64,000 nucleotides of DNA, from assembly GCA_963820525.1 (NCBI GenBank), contig CAWGAA010000001.1:320001-384000 (forward strand), in the 5' to 3' direction. Made by a program: the position numbers and the translations under genes. Source of the stretch: an uncultured Spirochaetota bacterium (lineage in GTDB: Bacteria > Spirochaetota > Spirochaetia > SZUA-6 > Fen-1364). Below the pieces are notes generated by a model. That model ran no database searches. It saw only the letters and a program-made list of their open reading frames with translations, and was not told where the DNA came from. Positions within the stretch are counted from its first letter, which is position 1. Each line of letters begins with the position of its first letter. Positions 18,513-28,024 of this stretch are shown here, one piece after another.

Positions 18513-19421
18513 ATGGAAATCGAGTTTCTCAAGATGCAGGGCTGCGGTGACGACACCCTCCTCATCGACTGCTTCAAGCAGAGCCCGCCGCCGGATGGAG
18601 AGCTGGCGCGCCTGGCGAGGCGGATGCTCGACAGGAAAAGGGGCGTCGGAGCCAACAGCCTTCTCCTGCTGTCCCCCGGCCGGGCCTCGCGCATCAGCGC
18701 CCGCGCCTTCTCGACGAGCGGAGCCGCGGCAGCTGTTTCCTTCAACGCGCTTCGCTGCGCCGCGCGCTACGCTTCCGACTCGGGAACATCCGTGGACAGG
18801 GTCTTTCCCATTGAAACCCCCTCGGGCGATTTCGGCGTCGAGATCATAGACTCGGTCAATGTCCGGCTGGACATGGGCGCTCCAATGAGCCGGGAGCTGG
18901 GGACGGAGATCCGGGAGAAACCCCTCGACTCCTTCACCCGCGCCATCGTTGTCCAAGGAAAGAGCGTCACCTATACCCCGGTCTCCCTCACCGCTTCCTA
19001 TGGGATCGTGTTCGTGCCGGCCTTCGATTTCCCTTTCCCCCGCACCGCCCGCTCGATCCTCAGCCACCCCGATTTTCCCGCCCAGACCGGGGTCGGCTTC
19101 GTGCAGCTCTATAGCAGGGAAAAGATCCGCATGCGCGACTGGCAGCCCGCGGGGGGATCGGCGATGGAGATGGAGCCCACTGCGGGCCCGCTTGATTCCC
19201 GCAGGCGCGGGGGCGGCGAGGAGCCCGCCAGCTGCCCGGCTGCTGCTGCCGCAGTGGTTGCATCCGTGGTGAACGGCTTCACGGACCGTGAAGTCTTTGT
19301 CCATCTGGCGGGGGGCGACGTATTCATCCAGTGGGATGAGAGGGACAATCGGCTGTACCTTACCGGCCCCGCTGCGTATGTTTTTACGGGCACTTTCTAC
19401 TTCGAAGAGGAAGAACATTGA
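18513..19421 (+). CDS. dapF: Diaminopimelate epimerase-like protein with degenerate active site
   Basis: FLKMQGCGDD, DRKRGVGA, IETPSG, VRLDMG, LTGPAAYVF; the CGNG motif is replaced by SFNA. Confidence 0.7.
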   Translation: MEIEFLKMQGCGDDTLLIDCFKQSPPPDGELARLARRMLDRKRGVGANSLLLLSPGRASRISARAFSTSGAAAAVSFNALRCAARYASDSGTSVDRVFPIETPSGDFGVEIIDSVNVRLDMGAPMSRELGTEIREKPLDSFTRAIVVQGKSVTYTPVSLTASYGIVFVPAFDFPFPRTARSILSHPDFPAQTGVGFVQLYSREKIRMRDWQPAGGSAMEMEPTAGPLDSRRRGGGEEPASCPAAAAAVVASVVNGFTDREVFVHLAGGDVFIQWDERDNRLYLTGPAAYVFTGTFYFEEEEH

Positions 19422-19858
19422 TGGACGGCTTCCTGGACAGGCTCGCGGATCTGCTCAAATCGATCCTGGGCGAAACCCCCCAGGCGGAAGAACGCCGCGA
19501 CCCGAAGTTCACCGATCCGGACCTTTCCGAGGCGTGGGAGGAACTTGACGACTATCTCAAGGGATCCGAAGGGAGGCGGAGCCGCGAAGAGCGGCGCGGC
19601 GGGGGCTCCCGCCGTCCCTCTCCCGGCTCCCTGGACGAGGATCTGCGGCAGGACTACGCCAATCTCGAAGTGCCCTTCGGGGCCGACATCGAGGAGGTGA
19701 AGCGTGCGTACAAGTCGCTCATCATGCGCTACCACCCCGACAAGCACGCGGGAAACCCCGAAAAGCTGAAGCTCGCAACTGAGATCACCAAGAAAGTGAA
19801 CGAATCGTTCGAAAGAATCAGGTCACGACTGGAAGGCGGACGAACGTCCCGGCGATGA
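19421..19858 (+). CDS. J-domain (DnaJ-like) protein
   Basis: Y..LEV...EEVKRAYK....YHPDK at the C-terminus. Confidence 0.9.
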   Translation: MDGFLDRLADLLKSILGETPQAEERRDPKFTDPDLSEAWEELDDYLKGSEGRRSREERRGGGSRRPSPGSLDEDLRQDYANLEVPFGADIEEVKRAYKSLIMRYHPDKHAGNPEKLKLATEITKKVNESFERIRSRLEGGRTSRR

Positions 19859-19916
19859 GCGGGCCTGGGTTTCGGCGCCCTCACGAGACCTCTCTTTCGT
19901 CCGCAGTCATCCCCCG

Positions 19917-21788
19917 CTATTCATCCACCCCCTCGAGCTCCTCCACTTCATCATCCACTCCATCCAGCTCCTGAAGCTCAGGCTTGGCGGCTCCGCCCGG
20001 CTTCTTCGCGGTCTTTCCGGGAGTCTCGGCAACCGAGAGATCGATGCCACCGAAGAGCCGGTCGATCTCGGAGCCCGCCGCCGGAGCGCTTGCGCCGCCC
20101 GCTTCTTCCCCTTCATTCGAGGTGCTCTTCGGTGTGGGTTTCAGCTCGTAGAGCAAGCCGGAATCTTCCAGTGAGCGCGAAGGTCCATAGCGTTCGGGGA
20201 CTGCGGCCAGGCTCTCCTCGGGGAGCGTGCCTCCCTCCCTCCCGCCTTCCCGGGAAACGATCTCGGGGCGGCTCTCAGAAATGGAGGGAGCGCGTTCTGC
20301 ATGCGCGGAGGCGATGCGCTCGACCTCGCGGACCGATTTCTCAAGGGTAACCGCCGTGACCGCCAGCTGTTCCACTTCCCTGGAGCCTTTCGAAACGAGG
20401 GCAAGCAGCGCGTCGAGGGCGCCCTCAGCCCTCCCAACCTGGCCTGATGCTCCCGCTGTTGCGGCCGATATCCCCTCGAGCTCTGCGCGGATGGTTGACA
20501 TCTCCTTCTGGGTGTCCGCCATGCCCATGAAACAGTCCCGCGCATCCGTGGCGATCCCCTTCACGGCGTCGAGAACGCTCTCGATGAGCTCGGAGATCTC
20601 GGAAGCGGCCCGCGCGCTTCGGTCCGAAAGCTTCCTCACCTGCTGGGCAACGGTGGTGAATCCCTTGCCCGCCTCTCCCGCCCGCGCCGCCTCGATGGCC
20701 GCATTGAGGGAGAGAAGCTCGGTCTGGTCTGCGACATCCCCGATGAGCTCGACGACCTCTTCCACCCGGGACGTCCTCTGCTCGAGGGAGCGCGTCTCTT
20801 CGATGCCCCGCCGGATCTTATCCTTGGACCGATCCAGCACGGCCTCCCCCGCCCGCGCCCGAGCGAATCCCGCGGATGCGGCGGTCACGATCGTTTCTAT
20901 TGTTTTCCCGACCGCGGAGAAAGCGTCGCTCGCCGTTTGAACGAGGCCGGCCTGGTCACGATATGCGGTTCCGGCTCCGTCGACGCCGTGCTCGAGCCTG
21001 CGGTAGTCTTCCGTGAGCCGATCCCGCACCGTCGCGAGATCCGTGAGCGCCGAATCCGCCACCGCGAGCTTTCGAAGCTGCACGAGAATCTCCCCGAGCT
21101 CATCCTCCCTGTTCAGAACCGGAGGAGCGGGAAGCCTTCCCCCCGATATTCCCCTCCCGAAGTCTACCAGCGCTCCAAAGTCCCTCTTGAGGCGGCCGAA
21201 GAGACGGCCGAACACGATAAGGGAGGCGATGCCGAGCGCCGCAAAGAGGGCGGAGGCGAGAACGGTTGCCCTCCGCAACGCGAGGCGTGAAGCGGAGATT
21301 CTCGCGGAAACACCCTGTAGCTCTGAGAGGACCTTCTCCGTGCTCTGCAGGAAAGAAGCGTACTGCGAGGTGCTTCCCGCCTCGCTGGGCCGCGTGACCG
21401 ATCCTGACAGATCAGCAAGCGCCTGCTGGTAGCCCCCCTTCAGGGAAGAGACGGCCTGTGCCAGAGCGGTTTTCAAGCCTCGGGGATAGAAGAGCCCTCC
21501 AGAAAAAGGGATGCCGGAGGCATCGAGTGAAGCCAGCATTTCGGCATTGGCGCGGGCCATGTCGGCTCCGAGGGAGCCGCCGGCGGGCCGGTCGGCCTGC
21601 AAGGCGACAAGAGCGGCATTGCGCGCGATGGCATGAAGAGAATCCAGCGACGAGGCGAGAGCGCGGGAATCTCTTTCCAAGCCGCTCTCAATGAAGGCCT
21701 GGGCCGCGACGTAGAGCGAAATCCCCACGAGGGCGGCGAGCGGCAGGATAATGGATGCCGCCAGGGCATCGACGATAGATCGTTTCAT
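19917..21788 (-). CDS. Methyl-accepting chemotaxis protein with acidic C-terminal tail
   Basis: Two TMs, HAMP (REDELG), QTELLSLNAAIEAARAGEAGKGF; ATGA overlap with the upstream activator. Confidence 0.9.
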   Translation of the reverse strand: MKRSIVDALAASIILPLAALVGISLYVAAQAFIESGLERDSRALASSLDSLHAIARNAALVALQADRPAGGSLGADMARANAEMLASLDASGIPFSGGLFYPRGLKTALAQAVSSLKGGYQQALADLSGSVTRPSEAGSTSQYASFLQSTEKVLSELQGVSARISASRLALRRATVLASALFAALGIASLIVFGRLFGRLKRDFGALVDFGRGISGGRLPAPPVLNREDELGEILVQLRKLAVADSALTDLATVRDRLTEDYRRLEHGVDGAGTAYRDQAGLVQTASDAFSAVGKTIETIVTAASAGFARARAGEAVLDRSKDKIRRGIEETRSLEQRTSRVEEVVELIGDVADQTELLSLNAAIEAARAGEAGKGFTTVAQQVRKLSDRSARAASEISELIESVLDAVKGIATDARDCFMGMADTQKEMSTIRAELEGISAATAGASGQVGRAEGALDALLALVSKGSREVEQLAVTAVTLEKSVREVERIASAHAERAPSISESRPEIVSREGGREGGTLPEESLAAVPERYGPSRSLEDSGLLYELKPTPKSTSNEGEEAGGASAPAAGSEIDRLFGGIDLSVAETPGKTAKKPGGAAKPELQELDGVDDEVEELEGVDE

Positions 21789-23155
21789 GTTTGTCCCTCC
21801 GACTCCCGCGATTCCAGCCCGTATTCCTGGAGCTTGCGATGCAGGGTTTTTCTCCCGATGCCAAGGATCTCGGCCGTCCTGCTCTTGTTGCCGCCCTCGT
21901 GACTCAACGTGGAGCGGATGACCTCCTTCTCCACGTCTGAGAGATTGGCCCCGACCGGGACGCGAATGAACTCTTCGCTCGAATCCCCCCTGATACTCGG
22001 GGGAAGGTCGTCGATGCCGATCAGCGAGCCCTTGCACAGAACGACGGCGCTCTCGATGGAGTTTCGAAGCTGGCGGATGTTTCCGGGCCATGCGTAGTTG
22101 TACAAAGCGAGGCGCGCCTTGGGATCGATGCCGTCGATCCTTTTTCCGTTCTCACGGCTGAACTCGGCAAGGAAGGCGGCGACGAGAAGCGGGATATCAT
22201 CTTTCCTCTCGCGCAGGGGGGGGATGTGGATGTTCACGACGTTGAGCCGGTAGTACAAGTCCTCGCGGAATGTTCCCTTCGCGATCCCTTCCCTGAGGTC
22301 CCTGTTGGTGGCCGCGATCACCCGCACGTCAACCTCGATCGTCTCCTCCCCCCCGACCCTCTCGAACTTTTTCTCATCCAAAACCCGCAGGAGCTTGATC
22401 TGGACATTGCCGTTGATGTCCCCGATCTCGTCGAGGAAGAGCGAGCCCAGGTGGGCCAGCTCGAACCTGCCGCGTTTGCGCGCGACGGCTCCCGTGAAGG
22501 CGCCCTTTTCATGGCCGAAGAGCTCCGATTCCAGGAGGGTTTCGGTCAGGGCGGCGCAGTGCACCTTGACCAGGGGCTTGTCCCGGCGGGGAGAGTTGTA
22601 GTGCAGCGCCTCCGCGATCATCTCCTTGCCCACCCCGCTCTCCCCTGTGATGAGCACCGAGGTGCGCGCCGGGGCCACCTGCCGCACCATCTCGAAGACG
22701 TGCTTCATCTCCTGGCTCTTGCCGATGATGCTGGCGAACTGGTTCTTCTTCTCCAGCTCCTCCTGGAGAGCCCGGTTCTGCAGCACGAGCTCCCGGTTGG
22801 AGAGCGCGCGCTTGACCAGGAGGGAGAGCCGGTCCAGATTCACCGGCTTGGTGAGAAAGTCGTAGGCCCCGTCCCGCATCGCCTGCACGGCGGATTCGAT
22901 GGTGCCGTGCCCAGTGAGGATGATCACGGGAACCGTCGGGTAGAGGGATGAGACGTTGCGCAACAACTCCTCTCCCGACAGGCGGGGCATCTTCAGGTCC
23001 GTGATGACGAGGTCCACGTCGCCCTTTTCGAACGCCTCCAGGGCTTCCTTGCCGTCCGCAGCCAGCGTCACGTCATAGCTGTCGAGGGCAAGAGCTTCCC
23101 GCAGGCCCTCGCGGATATTCTTCTCGTCGTCCGCTACAAGGATGGTGAACTTCAT
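21785..23155 (-). CDS. Sigma-54-dependent response regulator (NtrC/AtoC family, Rrp2-like)
   Basis: REC (ADD, TDLKMP, TKP), GESGVGKE, ESELFGHEKGAFTGA, WPGNIR, Fis-type HTH. Confidence 0.95.
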   Translation of the reverse strand: MKFTILVADDEKNIREGLREALALDSYDVTLAADGKEALEAFEKGDVDLVITDLKMPRLSGEELLRNVSSLYPTVPVIILTGHGTIESAVQAMRDGAYDFLTKPVNLDRLSLLVKRALSNRELVLQNRALQEELEKKNQFASIIGKSQEMKHVFEMVRQVAPARTSVLITGESGVGKEMIAEALHYNSPRRDKPLVKVHCAALTETLLESELFGHEKGAFTGAVARKRGRFELAHLGSLFLDEIGDINGNVQIKLLRVLDEKKFERVGGEETIEVDVRVIAATNRDLREGIAKGTFREDLYYRLNVVNIHIPPLRERKDDIPLLVAAFLAEFSRENGKRIDGIDPKARLALYNYAWPGNIRQLRNSIESAVVLCKGSLIGIDDLPPSIRGDSSEEFIRVPVGANLSDVEKEVIRSTLSHEGGNKSRTAEILGIGRKTLHRKLQEYGLESRESEGQT

Positions 23156-24522
23156 CGGGCCTCTCCTTGAAGCTCGCCCCGCGGCGGCACCCCGCTTGGC
23201 GGCTCGCTGGATGTACCTTGAAGCTCGCCCCGCGGCGGCACCCCGCTTGGCGGCTCGCTGGATGTACCTTGAAGCTCGCCCCGCGGCGGCACCCCGCTTG
23301 GCGGCTCGCTGGATGTACCTTGAAGCTCGCCCCGCGGCGGCACCCCGCTTGGCGGCTCGCTGGATGTACCTTTGTAGTCGATCAGCATCTTCTCCTTCTG
23401 CGGGATGGGCAGCGTGATGGTGAAGGTTGCCCCTTCGCCGGGCTTGGAGGAGACGGAGATGTCGCCGAAATGTTCCTTGACGATCTTGAATACTATCGTG
23501 AGCCCGAGGCCGGTGCCGAAGGGCTTCGTGCTGAAGTACGGCTCGAAGATCTTGTCCATGATCTGCTCGGGGATGCCGGTGCCCGTGTCGGAGACCCGTA
23601 TCTGCACCGAGTCTCCCGAGCGCAGGGTCTGGACCCGCAGGCTCCCTCCCTCGGGCATGGCGGATACGGCGTTCTTGATGAGGTTGAGCAGCGCCTGCTT
23701 GATGAAGCGGGCGTCGATGCGCAGCATCGGGACCGAGGCGGAAAGGTCGCTTTCAATCTTCACGCCTGCCTGCTCCAGCTCGGGGCGCACGAAATCGAGC
23801 AGCTCCGTGATGACCTGATTGATGTTGCCGTCCTCCAGCCGGGTATCCATCGGCTTCACGGCGAAGAGGAAATCCACGACGATCCTGTTGAGCCTGTCGA
23901 CTTCCTCGTTTATCACGGCAAGGTACTGGCTGATATCCTTGGCCATGATCCTGCTCTTGCTGTTGATCTTCTTCTGAATGAGCTGGAGATGGATCCCGAT
24001 GGAGCCCAGGGGATTCTTGATCTCGTGGGCCACCCCCGCGGCCAGGTTGGTGAGCGATGCCAGGCTCTCAGCTCTTCGAAGCCGCGCCTCCTTGGAGCGC
24101 TTCTCCGTCACGTCTTCGATATGGACCAGATTGCCTTGGATGCTGCCCCCTCTCACCAGGGGCAGGATGCTGATGGACAGTATTCGCGGGGCACCGCTGT
24201 CCAGGATGAACTCGCGGTCCGCCACCTTCTCCTGGTTTGCCAGCTTCTCCTCAAGGAAAGCGGAGATCTCGCGGTCCGACAGCGCCTCCCAGAGGAGCTT
24301 CTCTAGGATATCCTCCCCGCGCAGCGAGAGAAGCCTGTCCGCCGCCTTGTTGAAGAGGATGATCCGGTGCTCCCTGTCGGTGACGACGATGCCGTCCGTC
24401 ATGGACTCCAGGACCATTGCAAGGAGGTCGTTCTCGTCGGCGATGCGCAAAAGGAGGCCGCCGATCTGGTCCCTGTCCATCTTGCCGATCTTCTCCAGGG
24501 CCTTGCGGATGAACTTCCTCAT
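23152..24522 (-). CDS. PAS-domain sensor histidine kinase (Hk2-like) with C-terminal 4x17-aa repeat
   Basis: PAS, AHEIKNP H-box, NLIKNA, DTGTGI, GTGLGL; tail (GTSSEPPSGVPPRGELQ)x4. Confidence 0.93.
   Translation of the reverse strand: MRKFIRKALEKIGKMDRDQIGGLLLRIADENDLLAMVLESMTDGIVVTDREHRIILFNKAADRLLSLRGEDILEKLLWEALSDREISAFLEEKLANQEKVADREFILDSGAPRILSISILPLVRGGSIQGNLVHIEDVTEKRSKEARLRRAESLASLTNLAAGVAHEIKNPLGSIGIHLQLIQKKINSKSRIMAKDISQYLAVINEEVDRLNRIVVDFLFAVKPMDTRLEDGNINQVITELLDFVRPELEQAGVKIESDLSASVPMLRIDARFIKQALLNLIKNAVSAMPEGGSLRVQTLRSGDSVQIRVSDTGTGIPEQIMDKIFEPYFSTKPFGTGLGLTIVFKIVKEHFGDISVSSKPGEGATFTITLPIPQKEKMLIDYKGTSSEPPSGVPPRGELQGTSSEPPSGVPPRGELQGTSSEPPSGVPPRGELQGTSSEPPSGVPPRGELQGEAR
23165..23372. 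repeat. Tandem repeat, 4 identical 51-bp units plus CCTT
   Basis: Unit CCTTGAAGCTCGCCCCGCGGCGGCACCCCGCTTGGCGGCTCGCTGGATGTA at 23165, 23216, 23267 and 23318. Confidence 0.97.
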
Positions 24523-25838
24523 GCGCCGCTCCCCCGGGAACCGCTGCGTTCGGCCGGAGCCGCCGTCTCGCGGGCTGCCGCGCCGGGAATGAAGGAAGGG
24601 CTCCCCCCGGCGGAGAATACGGCCCTCATCTGGAGAAAGAGGCTTTCCACGGTCGCCTGGGGATTCATGTTGTACAGCTCGATCCGCGCCTGGGCCTCTC
24701 GGATGGACCGGTTCCATCCCTCCAGCGTGTCGAGGTCTGCGCTTCGCTGCCGAAGCGCGCATTGGAGGAAGAAGGTGAGCTCTTCGAGGAACGACATGAC
24801 AGCCTCCCGGTCTCGTTGTCCGATCCCGGGGAAAAGATCGCGCATCTCCTTGAGAATGTCGACCGATGGGCCGTCACGCTCCGTCACGCGCTCCATGAAA
24901 CTGCGGCAGATTCGCGCAAGCTCCTCGGAATTGATCTCCTTCCATGCGAGGAAAAACGCCCGCAGGCCGAAGTAGCGGCCCGTCTCGTCCCTGAATATCT
25001 TGGAAAGGACCTCCCTCTCCTCCTCCCGGCTGCGCTGGAGGAAGCTGTAGGGTCTGAGACGCGAGAGGACCGTGGGAATGATGGCGGAACGTCTCGTGCT
25101 GAGCAGGATGAGCCGCACCCCTTCGGGGGGCTCTTCCAGGAGCTTGAGAAGAGCGTTTCGGGCCGATTCCTGCATGCGGTCGGCGTTCTCCACGACGGCC
25201 ACCTTCAGTGAGTCGGCCGTCGTGAGATGGGCCCACGTGGAGAGCTTCCTGACCTGGCCGATCGTTATATGGTCGTTCTTCACGACGGCGGCCAAATCCA
25301 TGCTCGCCTCGATGATTGCCTGCAGGGCCTTCTCCAGCGCGACCGACCGCGTGGAGCCGCCCCGATTGTCGACGCCCGGCAGGGGCCGGCCCGGCGCGAC
25401 ATCGGCCAGCAGCTCCTCGATCTGCGACACTTTCTCCTGCGCGCTCTTCATCCGGGCATCCTCGGCGTCCCAGACAAGGGCATCATAGCGGCGCAAGAGC
25501 TTTCGAACGGCGCGCAGGAAGAGGAATTGCGTCGGGGGCTTCGGATTTCGAATCAAGGCGTCCGCCGAGGCCGCGATCTCGATATCCGCATACCGATATC
25601 CGAGCAGCACCGTATGCGGGTGCGCCAGCTCCTTCTGCATGCGGCAGGATGTGCATTCGCAGGTCCACGCTCCCGTTCCTTGCCGGCAGGTGAGCACCCG
25701 GGCGGTTTCCAGGGCCGCAGTCAGCTTTCCGCTGTAGGGAGGGCCGAAAAAAAGCGATGCCCGGGGGAACGCGCCTCCAGCCAGGTCCGCCGTCAGGGTC
25801 CGAATGGTTTCCCGCTGACCGATGACGTTCTCAAACAT
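24519..25838 (-). CDS. holB: DNA polymerase III delta'-like clamp loader subunit
   Basis: MFENVIGQ, GPPYSGKLT, Cys cluster, ADRMQESARNALLKLLEEPP, TVLSR. Confidence 0.75.
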   Translation of the reverse strand: MFENVIGQRETIRTLTADLAGGAFPRASLFFGPPYSGKLTAALETARVLTCRQGTGAWTCECTSCRMQKELAHPHTVLLGYRYADIEIAASADALIRNPKPPTQFLFLRAVRKLLRRYDALVWDAEDARMKSAQEKVSQIEELLADVAPGRPLPGVDNRGGSTRSVALEKALQAIIEASMDLAAVVKNDHITIGQVRKLSTWAHLTTADSLKVAVVENADRMQESARNALLKLLEEPPEGVRLILLSTRRSAIIPTVLSRLRPYSFLQRSREEEREVLSKIFRDETGRYFGLRAFFLAWKEINSEELARICRSFMERVTERDGPSVDILKEMRDLFPGIGQRDREAVMSFLEELTFFLQCALRQRSADLDTLEGWNRSIREAQARIELYNMNPQATVESLFLQMRAVFSAGGSPSFIPGAAARETAAPAERSGSRGSGA

Positions 25839-26976
25839 TTCTCTCGTCCGCCGTCACGCCGATTCTGTCCAGGATAAGCCGGGCGATCTCCCGCGCCGGA
25901 TTTCCCTTGCTCAAGGAACGGGCCTTCTTCCCCATGTCCTCCAGGCGGGTCTTGTCACCCAAGAGCCCGATGACGGCATCGAGGAGCCCGTCGCCCGTTG
26001 CGCCCTCCTGCTGGAGCACGAGCGCGGCCCCGTGAGCGCGGAACAGCTCCGCGTTCCGGACCTGGTCTCCCCGGCTCCCCCCGCTTCGAGGAAGCGGGAT
26101 GAGGATGGAAGGCTTGCCCAGCGCGGCAAGCTCGGCGAGGCTGTTGGCCCCCGCGCGTCCCACGACAAGGTCCGCCGCGGCCATGATATGCGGCAGCTCT
26201 TCACGGAAAAAGGGCGCGGGGAAATATCCCGTCCGTGTCGCCGGCCGGAAATCCTTCTCCCCCATCTGATGGACGACGAAGCAGGCATCATGGAGGCGAG
26301 GAAGGGCAGACTCCACCAATGCATTGATCGCCGAGGATCCCAGGCTCCCGCCCAAAACAAGGACCATTGGCGTTGAAGGGGGACAGCCGACGATGCGCCT
26401 GCCGAGGGCGGGATCTCCGCGGTATATGGCGCTCCTGACGGGGTTTCCCGAGACGACGGCCTTGGCCCGACAGCCGGGCGGGAGAAAGCCGACGGTCTGG
26501 TCGAAGGCGACGAAGATCTTCTCGCAGAAGCGTATGTTGATGCGCGTGGCAAGCCCAGGGTCATAGTCGGATTCATGAGTGAAGCAGGGGATGCCGCATA
26601 GGGCAGCGGCCACCACGGGCGGAACGCTCACGAATCCTCCCTTGGAAAAAAGGATTGCGGGACGCCGGCGAAGGAGGATGACCATGGAGGCGAAAACGCC
26701 CGCCGCGATCTTGGCCAGGTCCGTTATGTTCGACAGCGAGGCGTACCTTCGGAGCTTTCCCGCGGGAATCCCGTGGAAGGGAATTCCCGCGGACTCAACA
26801 AGAGCCTTCTCGATACCTCCCCGCGCGCCGATCCAGACCAGCGGTCCTCCCCAGAGACGGGAGATCTCTTCGGCCACGGCAAGACCGGGGAAAACATGGC
26901 CTCCCGTTCCACCTCCGACGATCGCAATTCCCGGCGGTCGAGGCCGCACCGCTTCCCTTGTCAGAGCCCTTGCCAT
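25831..26976 (-). CDS. murG: Lipid II GlcNAc transferase MurG
   Basis: GGGTGGHVFP, KGGFVSVP, HESD, GNPVR, GGSLGS, DQVRNA. Confidence 0.96.
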   Translation of the reverse strand: MARALTREAVRPRPPGIAIVGGGTGGHVFPGLAVAEEISRLWGGPLVWIGARGGIEKALVESAGIPFHGIPAGKLRRYASLSNITDLAKIAAGVFASMVILLRRRPAILFSKGGFVSVPPVVAAALCGIPCFTHESDYDPGLATRINIRFCEKIFVAFDQTVGFLPPGCRAKAVVSGNPVRSAIYRGDPALGRRIVGCPPSTPMVLVLGGSLGSSAINALVESALPRLHDACFVVHQMGEKDFRPATRTGYFPAPFFREELPHIMAAADLVVGRAGANSLAELAALGKPSILIPLPRSGGSRGDQVRNAELFRAHGAALVLQQEGATGDGLLDAVIGLLGDKTRLEDMGKKARSLSKGNPAREIARLILDRIGVTADERNV

Positions 26977-26995
26977 AGTCTAATTTCACCATACC

Positions 26996-27766
26996 ATGAG
27001 AAAGCTCCTCCTAGCAATCGCGGCGGTTCTCGGCATGGCCCCCGCGGCCGCCCGCGCCGGCACGGACCGCTACCTCGACGATGCAATTCGTGCCGAGCTT
27101 GGCGCCAAGGGCACGATCTCGCGCGTTTTTCAGGGAAAGGAGCCCATCACACTCATCCCGTCGGTGGGCTCCAGTGCGAGCTTCACCGCCGATGTAGAGG
27201 CGTTCGACGCCACGGTCGGAGTGGAAGTGCTGCGGGCGTTTCCCCGGCCCCTGGCGGCCGGCGATGAATGCCGGGGAATGCTCGGCCTGCTCAACGCCCT
27301 CGCCTCGGTGAGCACCATGAAGGCTCTGCCGTATTGGTCGGTCACGCGGAACAAGGAGTGGACCCTGATCATCGATTCCTACACGGTCGAATCCCCCGAT
27401 AACCACGCGAAGAGACCGGACACGGTCTTCACAGCAGTCCCCGCCGGCGGGAGCTTCTACAGCTATCAGGAAGACTCCACTTTCGGCAAGAACATCTACA
27501 AGACGAGCTTCATCTCCGGTTCCGACTCACTGTGGGTGAAGACCGAAAACCTCTCCTCCATTTCCTACCTTTTCATTCCGGTGATCCCTGAAAGAGGTTT
27601 TGTCAGCCATACCCTGATCATCGCGGGGGACGCGGAGATCCTGTTCTACGGCGTGGCGCTCCTGCGCACGACCTTTCCGATCGGGGACCGGCAATCGCGT
27701 GCCCAATCCCTCACGAACCGCGTGGTGGCCATGTCGAACTGGCTCAAGGAGAGGCTCGGGCTGTGA
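26996..27766 (+). CDS. Exported hypothetical protein (DUF6675-like)
   Basis: Signal peptide; STMKALPYWS, QEDSTFG..Y, SLTNR motifs. Family assignment from memory. Confidence 0.6.
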   Translation: MRKLLLAIAAVLGMAPAAARAGTDRYLDDAIRAELGAKGTISRVFQGKEPITLIPSVGSSASFTADVEAFDATVGVEVLRAFPRPLAAGDECRGMLGLLNALASVSTMKALPYWSVTRNKEWTLIIDSYTVESPDNHAKRPDTVFTAVPAGGSFYSYQEDSTFGKNIYKTSFISGSDSLWVKTENLSSISYLFIPVIPERGFVSHTLIIAGDAEILFYGVALLRTTFPIGDRQSRAQSLTNRVVAMSNWLKERLGL

Positions 27767-27852
27767 CGCAGCTTCGGGGCGCGGCCCGGAACCTGTCGGC
27801 GACGCCTTGACGAACAGCCCCCGGCGCGGCTACCTTCTCATTGTCGTGGGGT

Positions 27853-27952
27853 GGTTCCCCGGGAGCCTTCTGCGGATGGCCGCGGGACTTTGCCGGGGAG
27901 CCTGAGATCATACCCGTTGAACCTGATCTGGATAATGCCAGCGCAGGGAACC
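27853..27952 (+). ncRNA. TPP riboswitch
   Basis: CTGAGA..ATACCCG.TGAACCTGATCTGGATAATGCCAGCGCAGGGA; P1 GGTTCCC/GGGAACC; upstream of thiamine ABC genes. Confidence 0.95.
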
Positions 27953-28024
27953 TGACTCAAACGATCCCCACATACAAAGCGGCCTGTACGGCCGTGCTCG
28001 ACAAGCCTCGTGAAGGGGGAACGT

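Noticed and set aside
23165..23372. Possible CRISPR array
   Set aside because: Units are identical and contiguous, with no unique spacers and no cas genes nearby.
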